DNA of 63,621 bases, counting the filler, from Octopus bimaculoides (lineage: Eukaryota): assembly GCF_001194135.2 (NCBI RefSeq). It is 7 parts of 6 records of this genome, joined end to end, with 100 filler letters (N's around TTAATTAATTAA, not from the genome) between each part and the next. Parts side by side here need not be neighbours in the genome. Positions count along the whole stretch, not along the records: positions 24,158 to 35,208 come from NC_068997.1; positions 35,309 to 46,947 come from NC_069010.1; 5 more parts are not named here. One strand, given 5' to 3'. The notes below the pieces were generated by a model. It had not been told where the DNA came from. It saw only the letters and a list, made by a program, of their open reading frames with translations, and made no database searches. Within the stretch, counting starts at the first letter, position 1. Each line of letters starts with the position of its first letter. The translations under genes and the position numbers were made by a program. This document shows, one piece after another, positions 27,064 to 38,690 of the stretch.

Positions 27064-27158
27064 AGTCCAGGTGATGGACAAATCACCAACTTTGCCGCCA
27101 CCTCCACCCACATCATTTGGCGCTCTTTTTGGAGGAGAAGATGACGTTCGGTAATCAG
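27064..27158 (-). CDS. CNTN: Contactin exon (FN3-1/FN3-2 linker and start of FN3-2)
   Basis: Acceptor TTCATTTTCAAG, donor ACT|GTAAGT, phase 1-0; ADYRTSSSPPKRAPNDVGGGGGKVGDLSITWT contains the contactin hallmark GGGGGKxGDLxITW; joins in frame with 32334-32474. Confidence 0.9.
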
Positions 27159-27542
27159 CTTGAAAATGAAAGTAAAGAATCTTTGTAAAAAAACGTGTGT
27201 CATGAGCACTTGATATGGAAGGAAAATGTTGAGAAGCAAAATGTTAGGAGTAATTAATATGAAGCTATCGTGACAAAATTACTTTCATTTAAGACCTCTA
27301 AGAAAACTCCATTAATTTGTACATTAATATTGTCTCCTGGTTTTGAGTGGCAGAATTGGTATGATGCACATTTTAATATTTAATATAGTTAAGGCGGCCT
27401 GCTGGCAGAATGGTTAGCAAACCGGACAAAAAGTTTAGCGGCATTTCGTCCGATGAATTTTTTGCACAGTTACCGTCTACCGAATTCAACTCACAAGGCA
27501 TTGGTCAACCTGAGACTAAGATAGAATAGATTGAAGCGTGAG

Positions 27543-27730
27543 TGAACAGTCGCACTGATTTAATATCCTGATATGTATATAGAACGCTCAAAGGAAGTCT
27601 CGTGCAACCACATGGAAATCATGACAGGAGAACGCTTCTAGGAACGGTACAGCGTGGTTCTCGAAAAGTGAGCTGTGTAACTTGCAGTTACGAGCATTCA
27701 ATGTTTGTTCTATAAGAGTGAAACACAACA
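27543..27730 (+). repeat. 5' LTR of the Gypsy element
   Basis: About 90% identical to 31520-31716 by hand alignment; ends ACAACA; 5' edge uncertain because of a small deletion. Confidence 0.85.
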
Positions 27731-27732
27731 CA

Positions 27733-27746
27733 TGGCGACGAGGATG
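27733..27746 (+). promoter_or_regulatory. Primer binding site complementary to the tRNA-Ser(GCU) 3' end
   Basis: TGGCGACGAGGATG lies 2 nt after the LTR; complement of CATCCTCGTCG-CCA. Confidence 0.8.
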
Positions 27747-29852
27747 ACAACCGGAAAACATTTAAACTTCAACAACTTGGAAGAAACTAATGCCGGGCTG
27801 ATACAGTTCGAAGCAAGAACTGAATGCGATGACGTTGAAGATGTCAAAAAGAAGCCAATATTTCTTTCTACCTGTGGAGTTGAAGCCACAATGAAGTTAA
27901 AAGATGTTCTTTTCCCGGCAAGCCTTTAGAATGCAACACACCAACAAATAATGAATGCGTTGCAACAGCTTATAAAGCCAACAGCTAATAAAGCGGACAG
28001 ATTAAAATTATTGGAACTGAAGCAATTAGAAAATGAGTCAATCAACAACTTCCTTCTTAGGATTAATTCTCAAGCTTCCTTTTGCCATTTGAATATTTGA
28101 AAGAAAATCCAGAAGAAATCATGAAACTCATTTTCATCACTGGATTATCGTCGGCAGAGGTAAAGTTAAAAATTACAGTGCCATTCTAAAATGAAATACA
28201 CTGAAATAGTTGCTGTCGTATCCACCATAGAATCGGAAACGCTGTTTGCGAGTAATCGGCAAACAATGACAAAGTTTAATATTAACAATAATACCTCCAG
28301 TAACAGTCATGACGTTGTAGTTAAATATCGTAATTGTGGGCGTACACACGAAGCTTATGCATGCCCATTATATGGGAAAAATTGTAATGAATGTGGCAAA
28401 TTAGTGCATCTTGCAAGATTTTGCCAATCTAGAAACGATCGCCGTGTGGACAACATAAATGTATCTCCAAGTGAGACTGAATCTGTCAACAGTTTGTTGC
28501 TAAACGTGAACAACAATGAGAGTGCAGATAACACGGGGGTTTTTCAAGTGCTTTATAAATAACAAAAGCATAGATATGAAAGTGGATTACTGGAGCAGCT
28601 TGTTCGATAGTCCCGTTATCATTTGCTTCACACTTAAGTATCCCATTCGAATCATCCCACAATAGATTAACCACTTTTGATGGTTCAGATCTAAAGGTTG
28701 TTGGATCTATCCGAGTGACATTAAATCTCAACAACACCGACGAGTCACGAAAATTTATCGTGGTAGACAGCCCATACTCTTTTAGGCTGAGTGGAAAAGA
28801 TATCATTAAAGACAGTTCGTTATGTTTCAATTTGAACATGGATGTGTTCCCAGAGGTTAAAGGTTTTGTGACCCGAGTTAACTGCTCTGATGCGAGATAT
28901 AGCGTGATGAGTTCGGCTAGACGCGTTCCAGAACATTTGGAAAAAGATAAATTGAAGAGGTTGGAAATAATGGGTATCATCACACCGTCGGATTACTCTG
29001 GAGTCAGATGTGCCTCACCTCTTGTGTAGCTAAGAAAAAAAATGCATCTCTTCACATATTGACACTTATTCTTTTCCTGTACCATCAATCGACACCATTT
29101 TCTCCGGTATGTCAGGTGCGAAATTTTTCTCCACTCTCGGTTTAAAGTATGTGCATTGGCAAATACCTTTAGCGGAAGAAGCAAGGCGTATTTGCGCTAT
29201 TAATACAACCAATGGTCTTTACCTGGTCAACAGACTTCAAATAGGACTTAAGAATTCGCGTGGCATATTTAAGAACTGTATGGAAGCTCTACTAAAAGGG
29301 ATTGAAGGAGTCAGGGTATACCAAGATGATATCCTCATCCATGCTAGTAGCGAAGCAAATTTGACGAGCAGAGAAAATGCAGTAGTTGCAGGGCTAACCG
29401 AGGTGCAGTTCTCTATTAACAAAGAAAAGTCATTCTCCAGAAGAAGAAATTTGACTTTTCTGGGAATTGAAATATCTGAAGAGGGTATTTCTCCATCTCA
29501 GGAATTCGTAGCAAAACTGAAGGACATACAAGTACCAAAATTGAAGGAAGATGTTGACAAAATATTGAGTCTGGCGAATTACTATAAAAGATTTGTGTCG
29601 GTATATGCTGAAAAAGTAGAACCACTGTTGCCTACAGAATTTAAGTGGGGTAAAGAGCAAGATAAGATCTTCCATATGGTTATCATTCGTCTTTCGGAGG
29701 CTCCAGTCTTGCAACCGTACTCAATGGAGAAGATGAGTACTCTCACTATAGATGCATCCTTGATTGCAGTAGCTAGGGTGTTATCTCAGGAAGGATACCA
29801 AGTAGCAATCATAAGCCACACCTTTAGCCAAGCACAACGAAATTGGCCGAAC

Positions 29853-29883
29853 AGAGAGAGAGAGAGACAGACAGACAGACACA

Positions 29884-29935
<52 letters not shown>

Positions 29936-29990
29936 GAGAGAGAAAGAGAGAGAGAAAGACAGACAGAGATAGAGAAAGAGAGAGAGAGAG
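29853..29990. repeat. (AG)n/(AGAC)n microsatellite inside the Gypsy RNase H
   Basis: Lies between NWPN and EREAYAMVWCVDRLRYFLLGKQF. Confidence 0.95.
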
Positions 29991-31519
29991 GCTTATGCAA
30001 TGGTATGGTGCGTGGATAGACTGCGGTATTTCCTTCTAGGAAAGCAGTTTTATCTGGCCTTTAAAAACCCTGTTCACGAAGGATTTAGATGTACCCCGAC
30101 GTGCCTCACAAAAAATAGCCAGCTGTACGATTTCGTTGGTTATGCATGTTCCGGGTAAAAGTATTCCGCGCGTTGATACCCTCTCTCGATTGAGGTATAA
30201 CGAGAATAACGACGGTGATAATATTTTCTTTGCTTCGCATTTAGACAAATGTAACAGTGCGTGGCAGGACATCGATCCCGTAATGATGGAAGGCATCCGA
30301 AAACAACTAAAAGCAAATGCATTATATAACAAAATAAAAGAACACATTTTACCGCCAAATTGGAGATTGGTCTCGAATCTGGAACGTGCATTTGTTAAAG
30401 GAAAGGATTCTCTCACATGCGAAAATGGCTTAATATATCATAAAAATCGTCCGTTTGTCCCAGCGCCTTATAGAGCCAGTATTAGCTAAAATACACGTCA
30501 CACATATGGGCATTCAACAAACAATTAAGAAGGCACGATTCTGTGTTTGGTGGCCTGGGTTGGCTTACTCGATGGCGACGTTAAGCCAAATTTACTTAAG
30601 GAAAATAATTCATGGCCTATTTCTGGATCCTGGGAGTATGTGCATATGGACTGGGCATATGTTTCAAACATCGGTAACATACTCGTAATTGTAGATGTCT
30701 ATTCAAAATAGATCGAGGCATTCTTGCGTCCTAATCGCTCTACTGAGGCGGTAAAAAGCTAGCTGCTGGAGGTCTTTGCTCGTTTTGGAGTTCCCACAGC
30801 TTTAGTATCGGACAACGGGTCTGAATTTGTTGCGTTAAAGAATATGTTGTCATCAATGGGTTGCAGAAAGATCGAGACACCTGCTTACAGTCCGGCATCT
30901 AACGGTGTTGCTGATAGGGCCGTACAAAACTATGAAAGCTGCATTGAAGCATTTTGATCCGAAGACAATGAATTTCAGCAACTACTTGAACAAAATTCTG
31001 TTCAACCATTGGAGTGCTCCGGATGGTTGTAAATTATCACCGGCAGAAAAGTTAATGAAAAGACCATTGACGGTTGCTATAAACCCATTCTTTGAAGTAG
31101 GTGAGGATGTTAAACACAAAACCACGTTCGGCAAGGTTGCATCGAAGGCAAAATATGTGATACATGCCAGAAAGAATACTACATGGATTAAGAAGGCAGA
31201 TCACGCACTGCAGTTAGTGGCAGTTGAGCAACTGGCCCCGCTGAACACACGGGAACCAGAACCAGAATAGAGCACAGCACCTGACACGATGGTTCATGCT
31301 GAGTCTGCAAGGATGTTTAACAGCAACGTCGCGGCTATATCAAGTCCCCGGGCTAGGCATGACACCAACCCCGGAGTCAAAGAAGAAGTGGAGAAGGCTA
31401 TTGTTGACAATGCTAGCCGTCGAAAATCGAACACGAAAACTGCATCAAGTCCTCAACTGAGCCGAAGTACAAGAATTGCAGTAGGATGTAAGAAGCCAAA
31501 ACGTTTCGAGGAGGAATAA

Positions 31520-31716
31520 TGTAATAGTTGCATTGGGTTGCTGATTTGATATCCTGATATGTATGTAGAACTCTCAAAGTAAGTATCATGCAGCCACGTG
31601 GAAATCATGACAGGAGAACGTTACTAAGAAGGATACAGCGTGGTTCTTGAAAAGTGAGCTGCGTAACTTGCAGTTACGAACATTCAATGTTTGTCCTATA
31701 AGAGTGAAACAAAACA
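31520..31716 (+). repeat. 3' LTR of the Gypsy element
   Basis: TGTAATAG...AAAACA, preceded by PPT GAGGAGGAA at 31508-31516. Confidence 0.88.
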
Positions 31717-32333
31717 CGAACCCAGAACCATATGCTCACGAAAGGAATTTTTTAACCTCACAACTATGTTTAGGCCTATAATTTATGCTACTTATAATAC
31801 ACCTAGTTTTTATGCAATAGTATTCTTCGAGAACTTCGGCGACTTTGATTGTTGCTTTGCAGGAGAATTTAATCAGTAATTCTGGTCGAATCATTCATAA
31901 AACCATGGATAGGAATGTGTTTAATTAGAAAATAATATCATACTATGGTATATAGACGCAAGGACTGGTTTAGAAAGTGGATAGGGAATAAAAAATACAA
32001 CCAAATTTCATTACACAGATTCAATTTTTTATGACATGAAAGGAAAAATTTAAGAGTTTCTGAAATGCCAAAACATTTGAGGGACTCAATAGCTGAGTCA
32101 ATGTGAAAATGAATGCTTATTATTTCAAAATTTTCAAACACTTTCTTCCTGCATGTAAATAATTACAGAAGATGCTGCCTTTAGATATGAGGCATCTAAC
32201 AACAAAGATGTAATGTTGAAAGACGTATGACCGGTGCACAAATCGGAGGAACTCAGAGAATGTCAAGATTCTTTATAAGAACATTTGTTTAGCACGGCAA
32301 ATGTTGAAGAGAGCAACATTATTAGATATTTAC

Positions 32334-32474
32334 CTGACGGCAAACTCGGTCGACCAACTCCAAGTTTGTTAATAGCACGAACTCGGAATTTGTATAGATT
32401 ATTAGGTTTCAATCCTAAAACTTCGACAGACTTGAATAAGTGGTTCTGAACTTCAACAGCAGACGAAGGGATTT
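32334..32474 (-). CDS. CNTN: Contactin exon (second half of FN3-1)
   Basis: Acceptor TTTTTACAG, donor CAG|GTAAAT, phase 1-1; EIPSSAVEVQNHLFKSVEVLGLKPNNLYKFRVRAINKLGVGRPSLPS is a canonical FN3 C-terminal half. Confidence 0.9.
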
Positions 32475-32895
32475 CTGTAAAAATAAATAAGTAAATGAAT
32501 AAAAAAAATTAAAAAAACAAAAAAAAAACTTCATATAACGTTTTGGTGAATATATAACACCTTATATTTTGTACTTTATACATGAAGAAAGGTTGTAAGC
32601 ACACGTCACTCTCCTTACCTAACATACACATATACACAATCTCCCGACCCCACGACGCTACATAAACAATACTATCATGTACATACTCAGAGAAATAAGT
32701 GAATGCTAAAATGTCCACGATATAATAACACTTACAAAAATTTGCATACAATGGTCATTAAAGTAAAGCGAAAATCACTTTTGCAGCAACTAGCTATTAT
32801 TTACGAACATTTCTATAAAAACTCCGCCTTGAAGGCATTTAAGCAAGCGTTATTTTGATTTTATTTCCTTAATAATAAGTTTATATATATGTATG

Positions 32896-32959
<64 letters not shown>

Positions 32960-33269
32960 CGGCAAATAAGAAAATGTGTATGTTTTCTTCAAATACTTTC
33001 TAATGCTTTGGAATAAATAGACACACTGGAATGTCTACCGGTTGGTGTATGTCGTTTTGTATCCTCTCCATTTTTTTATTTGCCACATAAATTAAGGATA
33101 ACCCACTTTTTACCCCCGCTCATATATGACACTCAATTGCGAGACTGCCACGCAATAACCAGCATTTGGTATGAATAACTGGGTACACTACCAGCAATAT
33201 ATTGGATAGGCACTATCCCTTAGTTGGTTGGTTTTCCAACATCTAACTCTCACAGATATATATATATCG

Positions 33270-33345
33270 CCAGCCGGTGGTTGTCATATGCTGATGACGA
33301 GTCAATACTCGGAAACTCGGGTCCGTGTGTATCACGTCAGGCTGG
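33270..33345 (+). ncRNA. Type I hammerhead ribozyme (predicted cleavage after C33323)
   Basis: Core CTGATGA 33291-97; stem II CGAGT/ACTCG with CAAT loop; GAAAC-TCGG-GTC stem III; stem I CATATG/CGTGTG, then a TGT/T internal loop, GTGGT/ATCAC and outer CCAGCC/GGCTGG. Confidence 0.8.
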
Positions 33346-33526
33346 AGATGAGAAGGATAGGCTTCTCTTTGCAAATACTGATAGGGAACGAAAGTGTGTC
33401 AATAGCCAGTTGGAGGAGATGTCTTCCTGGGGCTACAAGCTACAAGTAGCATCAACCCTTAAGGGTTAGCCACATTTAGATGGCAAATTTACTTCACGAT
33501 ATAAACATATATATATATATATATGT

Positions 33527-33699
33527 AAACAATTGCAGCGTGGAAGGTGTTTATAGCACGGAATTGTGTCAGTGAACAAGTCACAGTCTCAAAGCGACGA
33601 AAATATTTTGGCAAATCAAATTTAAATGTTGAAGTGAATCTAACGGTTCTTGTGTGTTTCTTAATTGGCTTATAAACACCTTCCACGCTGCAATTGTTT
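33527..33699. mobile_element. MITE with perfect 29-bp TIRs
   Basis: AAACAATTGCAGCGTGGAAGGTGTTTATA at 33527-33555 and its reverse complement at 33671-33699. Confidence 0.85.
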
Positions 33700-35308
33700 T
33701 CGTTCCAGCACACGATCTCAGATCAGGCCACTTGCTATGCAAGTNNNNNNNNNNNNNNNNNNNNNNNNNNNNNNNNNNNNNNNNNNNNNNNNNNNNNNNN
33801 NNNNNNNNNNNNNNNNNNNNNNNNNNNNNNNNNNNNNNNNNNNNNNNNNNNNNNNNNNNNNNNNNNNNNNNNNNNNNNNNNNNNNNNNNNNNNNNNNNNN
33901 NNNNNNNNNNNNNNNNNNNNNNNNNNNNNNNNNNNNNNNNNNNNNNNNNNNNNNNNNNNNNNNNNNNNNNNNNNNNNNNNNNNNNNNNNNNNNNNNNNNN
34001 NNNNNNNNNNNNNNNNNNNNNNNNNNNNNNNNNNNNNNNNNNNNNNNNNNNNNNNNNNNNNNNNNNNNNNNNNNNNNNNNNNNNNNNNNNNNNNNNNNNN
34101 NNNNNNNNNNNNNNNNNNNNNNNNNNNNNNNNNNNNNNNNNNNNNNNNNNNNNNNNNNNNNNNNNNNNNNNNNNNNNNNNNNNNNNNNNNNNNNNNNNNN
34201 NNNNNNNNNNNNNNNNNNNNNNNNNNNNNNNNNNNNNNNNNNNNNNNNNNNNNNNNNNNNNNNNNNNNNNNNNNNNNNNNNNNNNNNNNNNNNNNNNNNN
34301 NNNNNNNNNNNNNNNNNNNNNNNNNNNNNNNNNNNNNNNNNNNNNNNNNNNNNNNNNNNNNNNNNNNNNNNNNNNNNNNNNNNNNNNNNNNNNNNNNNNN
34401 NNNNNNNNNNNNNNNNNNNNNNNNNNNNNNNNNNNNNNNNNNNNNNNNNNNNNNNNNNNNCAACAGAATGGTAGAGCCGTTGGAAGAGGCAACAGGATAT
34501 CTTACACCGCTAAGTTTGAAAGTTTGGCATATTATTGTTGTTGTTGTTGTTGTTGTCACCGTCATCGTCACCATCACTGTTATTGCTACTAGAACATTAA
34601 TAACTTGTATAAAATGAACTTCTACATAGAACCGTCCAATATATACAGAAATGACACACACACACTCAACAAAACTTCCTTTCTAAAAAACACTTACAGC
34701 TTTCTAGATACGGCTAATAGAGCTGATACCGCAAACAATGTATGTGGTGGAATGTTTGCTTATAAAAACTTGTATATGCACACATGAGTAGGGGGACATC
34801 CGAGTAAGGTTGTGCACACGAACCCACACATATAGATGTGCATTGGAGTGCCTATAGCGACCTATCTATAATGTTTGTAGGCTTTTTGGTTCCCTTGTAT
34901 TTTTAAGGGTTTTTTGACATATATCTTTTTTATATTTTTGCATGTCCCACATGCTATACCTTCATTTATGTATACTTTATTATTATTTTTTTTTTTCCTG
35001 CTGTACCCTTATTTTTATTTTTATTTTTATTTATATTTTGATTTCAATTTTATTTTTTATTTTTATTTCTATCTTATTTTTGCTGTTGTTTTTCTTCTGG
35101 TCTCTACCACACCTCTGTTTTTACCTCTTGCTCTACATTTGTATGTAACCCTTTGTGAATCTCTGAAGAGGCCTAGCGGTTCGGGCATGTAACCCCATTT
35201 CAAAATGTNNNNNNNNNNNNNNNNNNNNNNNNNNNNNNNNNNNNNNNNNNNNTTAATTAATTAANNNNNNNNNNNNNNNNNNNNNNNNNNNNNNNNNNNN
35301 NNNNNNNN

Positions 35309-35354
<46 letters not shown>

Positions 35355-35419
35355 CGTACATATATATATGTTTGTAGAGCTATTTCGAGGATATTGTTTT
35401 TCAATATGCATTTTAATTT

Positions 35420-35575
35420 ATTGTTGGCGTTAGGAAGGGCATCCAGCTGTAGAAACTCTGCCAAATCAGATTGGAGCCTGGTGTTGCCATCCGGTTTCAC
35501 CAGTCCTCAGTCAAATTGTCCAACCCATGCTAGCATGGAAAGCGGACGTTAAACAATGATGATGATGATGATGAA
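35420..35575 (+). mobile_element. SINE/LINE-tail family D with (GAT)n tail
   Basis: GGCGTTAGGAAGGGCATCCAGCTGTAGAAAC...CAACCCATGCTAGCATGGAAAGCGGACGTTAAA; copies at 42225-42400 (-), 42545-42640 (-), 43965-44285 (+), 44610-44770 (-). Confidence 0.8.
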
Positions 35576-35693
35576 TTATTAATTTGTAATTGAATGAGTT
35601 GTATATGGAAACGATTGTAGGTTACAGAAAATTATGAATGAGTTAATTGATATATATCAGTTAACACTCTCCATTTTTTTCCTAATATAGCTA

Positions 35694-35734
<41 letters not shown>

Positions 35735-36951
35735 GTGTGCGTGTGTGTGTATATATTTATGTGTGTCTGTGTTTGTTCTCCCACTATTGCTTGACAACTG
35801 ATGTTCATGTGTTTATGTCTTTGTAACCTAGCGGTTTGACAAAAGAACCGATAAAATAGGTACTAGGCTTACAAAGAATAGTCCTGGGGTCGATTTGTTT
35901 GACTGAAGGCGGTGCTCAAGCATGGCCACAGTCAAATGACTGAAACAAGTAAAAGAATATATATCTGTATGTGTTTGCTCACTGCTTCTCAACTGGTGTC
36001 AGTTTGGAAATATAATATTTCTAAATCTCAGAGAGATTTAAGCAGTAGTGGAGCGACAAAGTTGTAGTATATTGTCAACTTAATGTGACAATCCCAATAA
36101 GGGAATACACTACTGCTGTTTAGCCCTAGGAAGCTGGACACAGTAATTGTGTCAAGGCCGACAGGAAGCGGTCCAGCTACAACTGGTGTCAGTTTGTTTA
36201 CATCCCTGTAACTTAGCAGTTTGGTAAAAGAAACTGATAGAATATTATAAGGAGGTTCATATGTTCAAATAAAACCCTTCAGGGCAGTGCCCCAACATGA
36301 TTTTAGTCCAGTAGCTGAAACAGCTAAAAGATAAAAGATTTTTAACCCTTTAGCATCCAAACTGGCCATATCCAACCAAAATATTCTGCACGTTTTATGT
36401 TCAAACCTGTCAGATCCAGCCTCTCACACCTACCCTACAATATCCTTCTAAAAATAAGCATTCACATCATGAAAATCTCAAAGCTTACAAGATAATCCAT
36501 AACTAATTCAAAACAATGTGAGTAAATAAGCATTACGTTTAACAGAATAATCTAAAAGGTTTAAGTTTAATTTAATTTTTATTTCTACTTTTTCTCTCGT
36601 AGGCCAATGTTCTCACTGTCCAGGACAATGGGGCTGAAACCACAGGAATGGGGACCCAGCTTGGCAAAAGACCCCTTGTCCACGAACAACACAAATCAAC
36701 TGACAAATGCCCGAGGAAGGAGAACACAAATTAATGAATTAGAAAAGCATTTACATGGCCCTTCCTACATGATTTGATTGAGGTTTTACAACTTGGAGAA
36801 TAGCGGGAGGGGCTGGCACCGATGAAAGCAGTGATGATAATAATGATGGTGGCAGCTGATGGCCTGTTAGGATGGAATGAAATAATTTTGGTTATGTTTT
36901 GGTAATGTGATGTTATAAAGTTCTGTATCTGACCACATAAGGTCAGTTTAG

Positions 36952-37038
<87 letters not shown>

Positions 37039-38307
37039 TGCACAGAGACATACATATACACACACATATATATATATATATACATGTCTAAACACTTGTA
37101 TCTGTGTGTATATATGTATGTATGTATGTGTGTGTGTATGCATGCATGTGCACAAACATGCATATACACATGTATGCATCAATGTATAGCATATATACAT
37201 ATATACTCGTGTATTTTAAATACATATGTATATGAATGTATATCTATAGATATATGTATATGAGTGTGTATATAAATACATGTGTATGTATATAAATGTA
37301 TATATGTAAATACATAAATTAAATGTATATGCGTGTGTATAATATATACTATATATACACTTGTGCATATACATATGTATATATATCTATGTAAATAGAA
37401 TTATATTTGGAGAAAAATTTTCTTAAAATAAACATAATATAAAAAATATCTTTGAAAACAGAATATGAGCCTTTTATAAGGAAGTTTTTGCATGTTAGGT
37501 GAAATAGAGTTGAGAGTAGTTAGGACATCTTTCTGAGAGAATGATGCTTTACAGATATCACGGTCATAAACAAGTCTTTTTCATAAAGTCTTCGGGAAAA
37601 ACCAGTTTCTTAATTTCCTCATTTGTTTTTTCCCCCATTAATTTCAACATGTCTAAGAGATGGATCTTTGATTTGTTGTACCCTAAACTGATGTATTAAT
37701 TTTTTCCCCCTGATCTGCTAATATAATTAATTCTCTGTTAAATGTGGAGAATATGATGCAGTAAATGAATTATTTTTGTTCGTTTGTTTTGCAATCATAA
37801 CTTCTTTCCATTCTTGATTCCCTTTGTTGTTCACTGTTCGATTATTTCACCTGTCCCACAACCAGTCTCCACAGTTTGTTACCTGTGTTCTTTCATCTTT
37901 GATTTCTTCTTTGACTCTTTGATTATTTCACATGTTCCATGATGAGAATCTCCAGTTTATTACCTGAATTATTTCTTCTTTGACTCCTTGATTTGCTGCC
38001 CCTTAACCTGATATATTAATTTTGTTCCTGTTCTGCTGATATAATTCTCTATTAATTGTGGTTGATGTGATGCAGTAAATGAGATTTTAACTTCTTTTTT
38101 TTTGCAGTTCATATTAGTATTTACCCACAATTCCTTTCTATTCTTGAATCTCTTGGTTGTTCACTGTTTATTACATGCATTATTCCTCCTGATATGAATT
38201 TTGTCTTTGTTAAGAGTCTTTTAAGATTAGGCAGATGTTTTTGATTGATAATTTGTGATTCTTTATTTTTATGAGATTAAATGATTGGTATAGATAGGAA
38301 GGATGGA

Positions 38308-38690
38308 AGTGGAGGCGCAATGACCTAGTGGTTAGGGCAGCGGACTCGTGGTCATAGGATCGTGGTTTCGATTCCCAGAGCAGGCGTTGTGAGTGTTTAT
38401 TGAGCGAAAACATCTACAGTTCCACAAGGCTCCAGCAGGGGATGGTGGCGAACCCTGCTGTATTCTTTCACCACAACTTTCTCTTACTTCCTGTTTCTGT
38501 TGTGCCTGTAATTCAAAGGGGTCAGCCTTGTCACACACTGTGTCACGTTGAATATCCCCGAGAACTACGTTAAGGGTACATGTGTCTGTGGAGTGCTTAG
38601 CCACTTGCACGTTAAATTTCACGAGCAGGCTGTTCTGCCGATCGGATTCACCGGAACACTCGTTGTCGTAACCGACGGAGTACCAACCAT
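38308..38690 (+). mobile_element. SINE with family C head and a different 3' body
   Basis: Head matches 22455 and 57803 to about CTGTTTCT; the tail (CCCCGAGAACTACGTTAAGGGTAC...GCCACTTGCACG) matches 40850-41100 instead. Confidence 0.75.

Larger units (their letters stand above)
27543..31716 (+). mobile_element. Full-length degenerate Gypsy LTR retrotransposon
   Basis: Two LTRs, PBS, PPT; gag with two CCHC-like knuckles, frameshifted D-T-G-A protease, RT (YQDDILI), RNase H (TLTIDAS, EREA), integrase (HMGIQQT, LVSDNGSEF); many stops and frameshifts. Confidence 0.92.

Noticed and set aside
33379-33405. CTGATAG-GGAA-CGAAA-GTGTGTC, resembling a second core just after the main hammerhead
   Set aside because: G8/A9 are not conserved and stem I cannot form
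33425-33475. Possible twister ribozyme (CTACAAGC loop)
   Set aside because: Flanking P4 arms are not complementary and no pseudoknot partners were found
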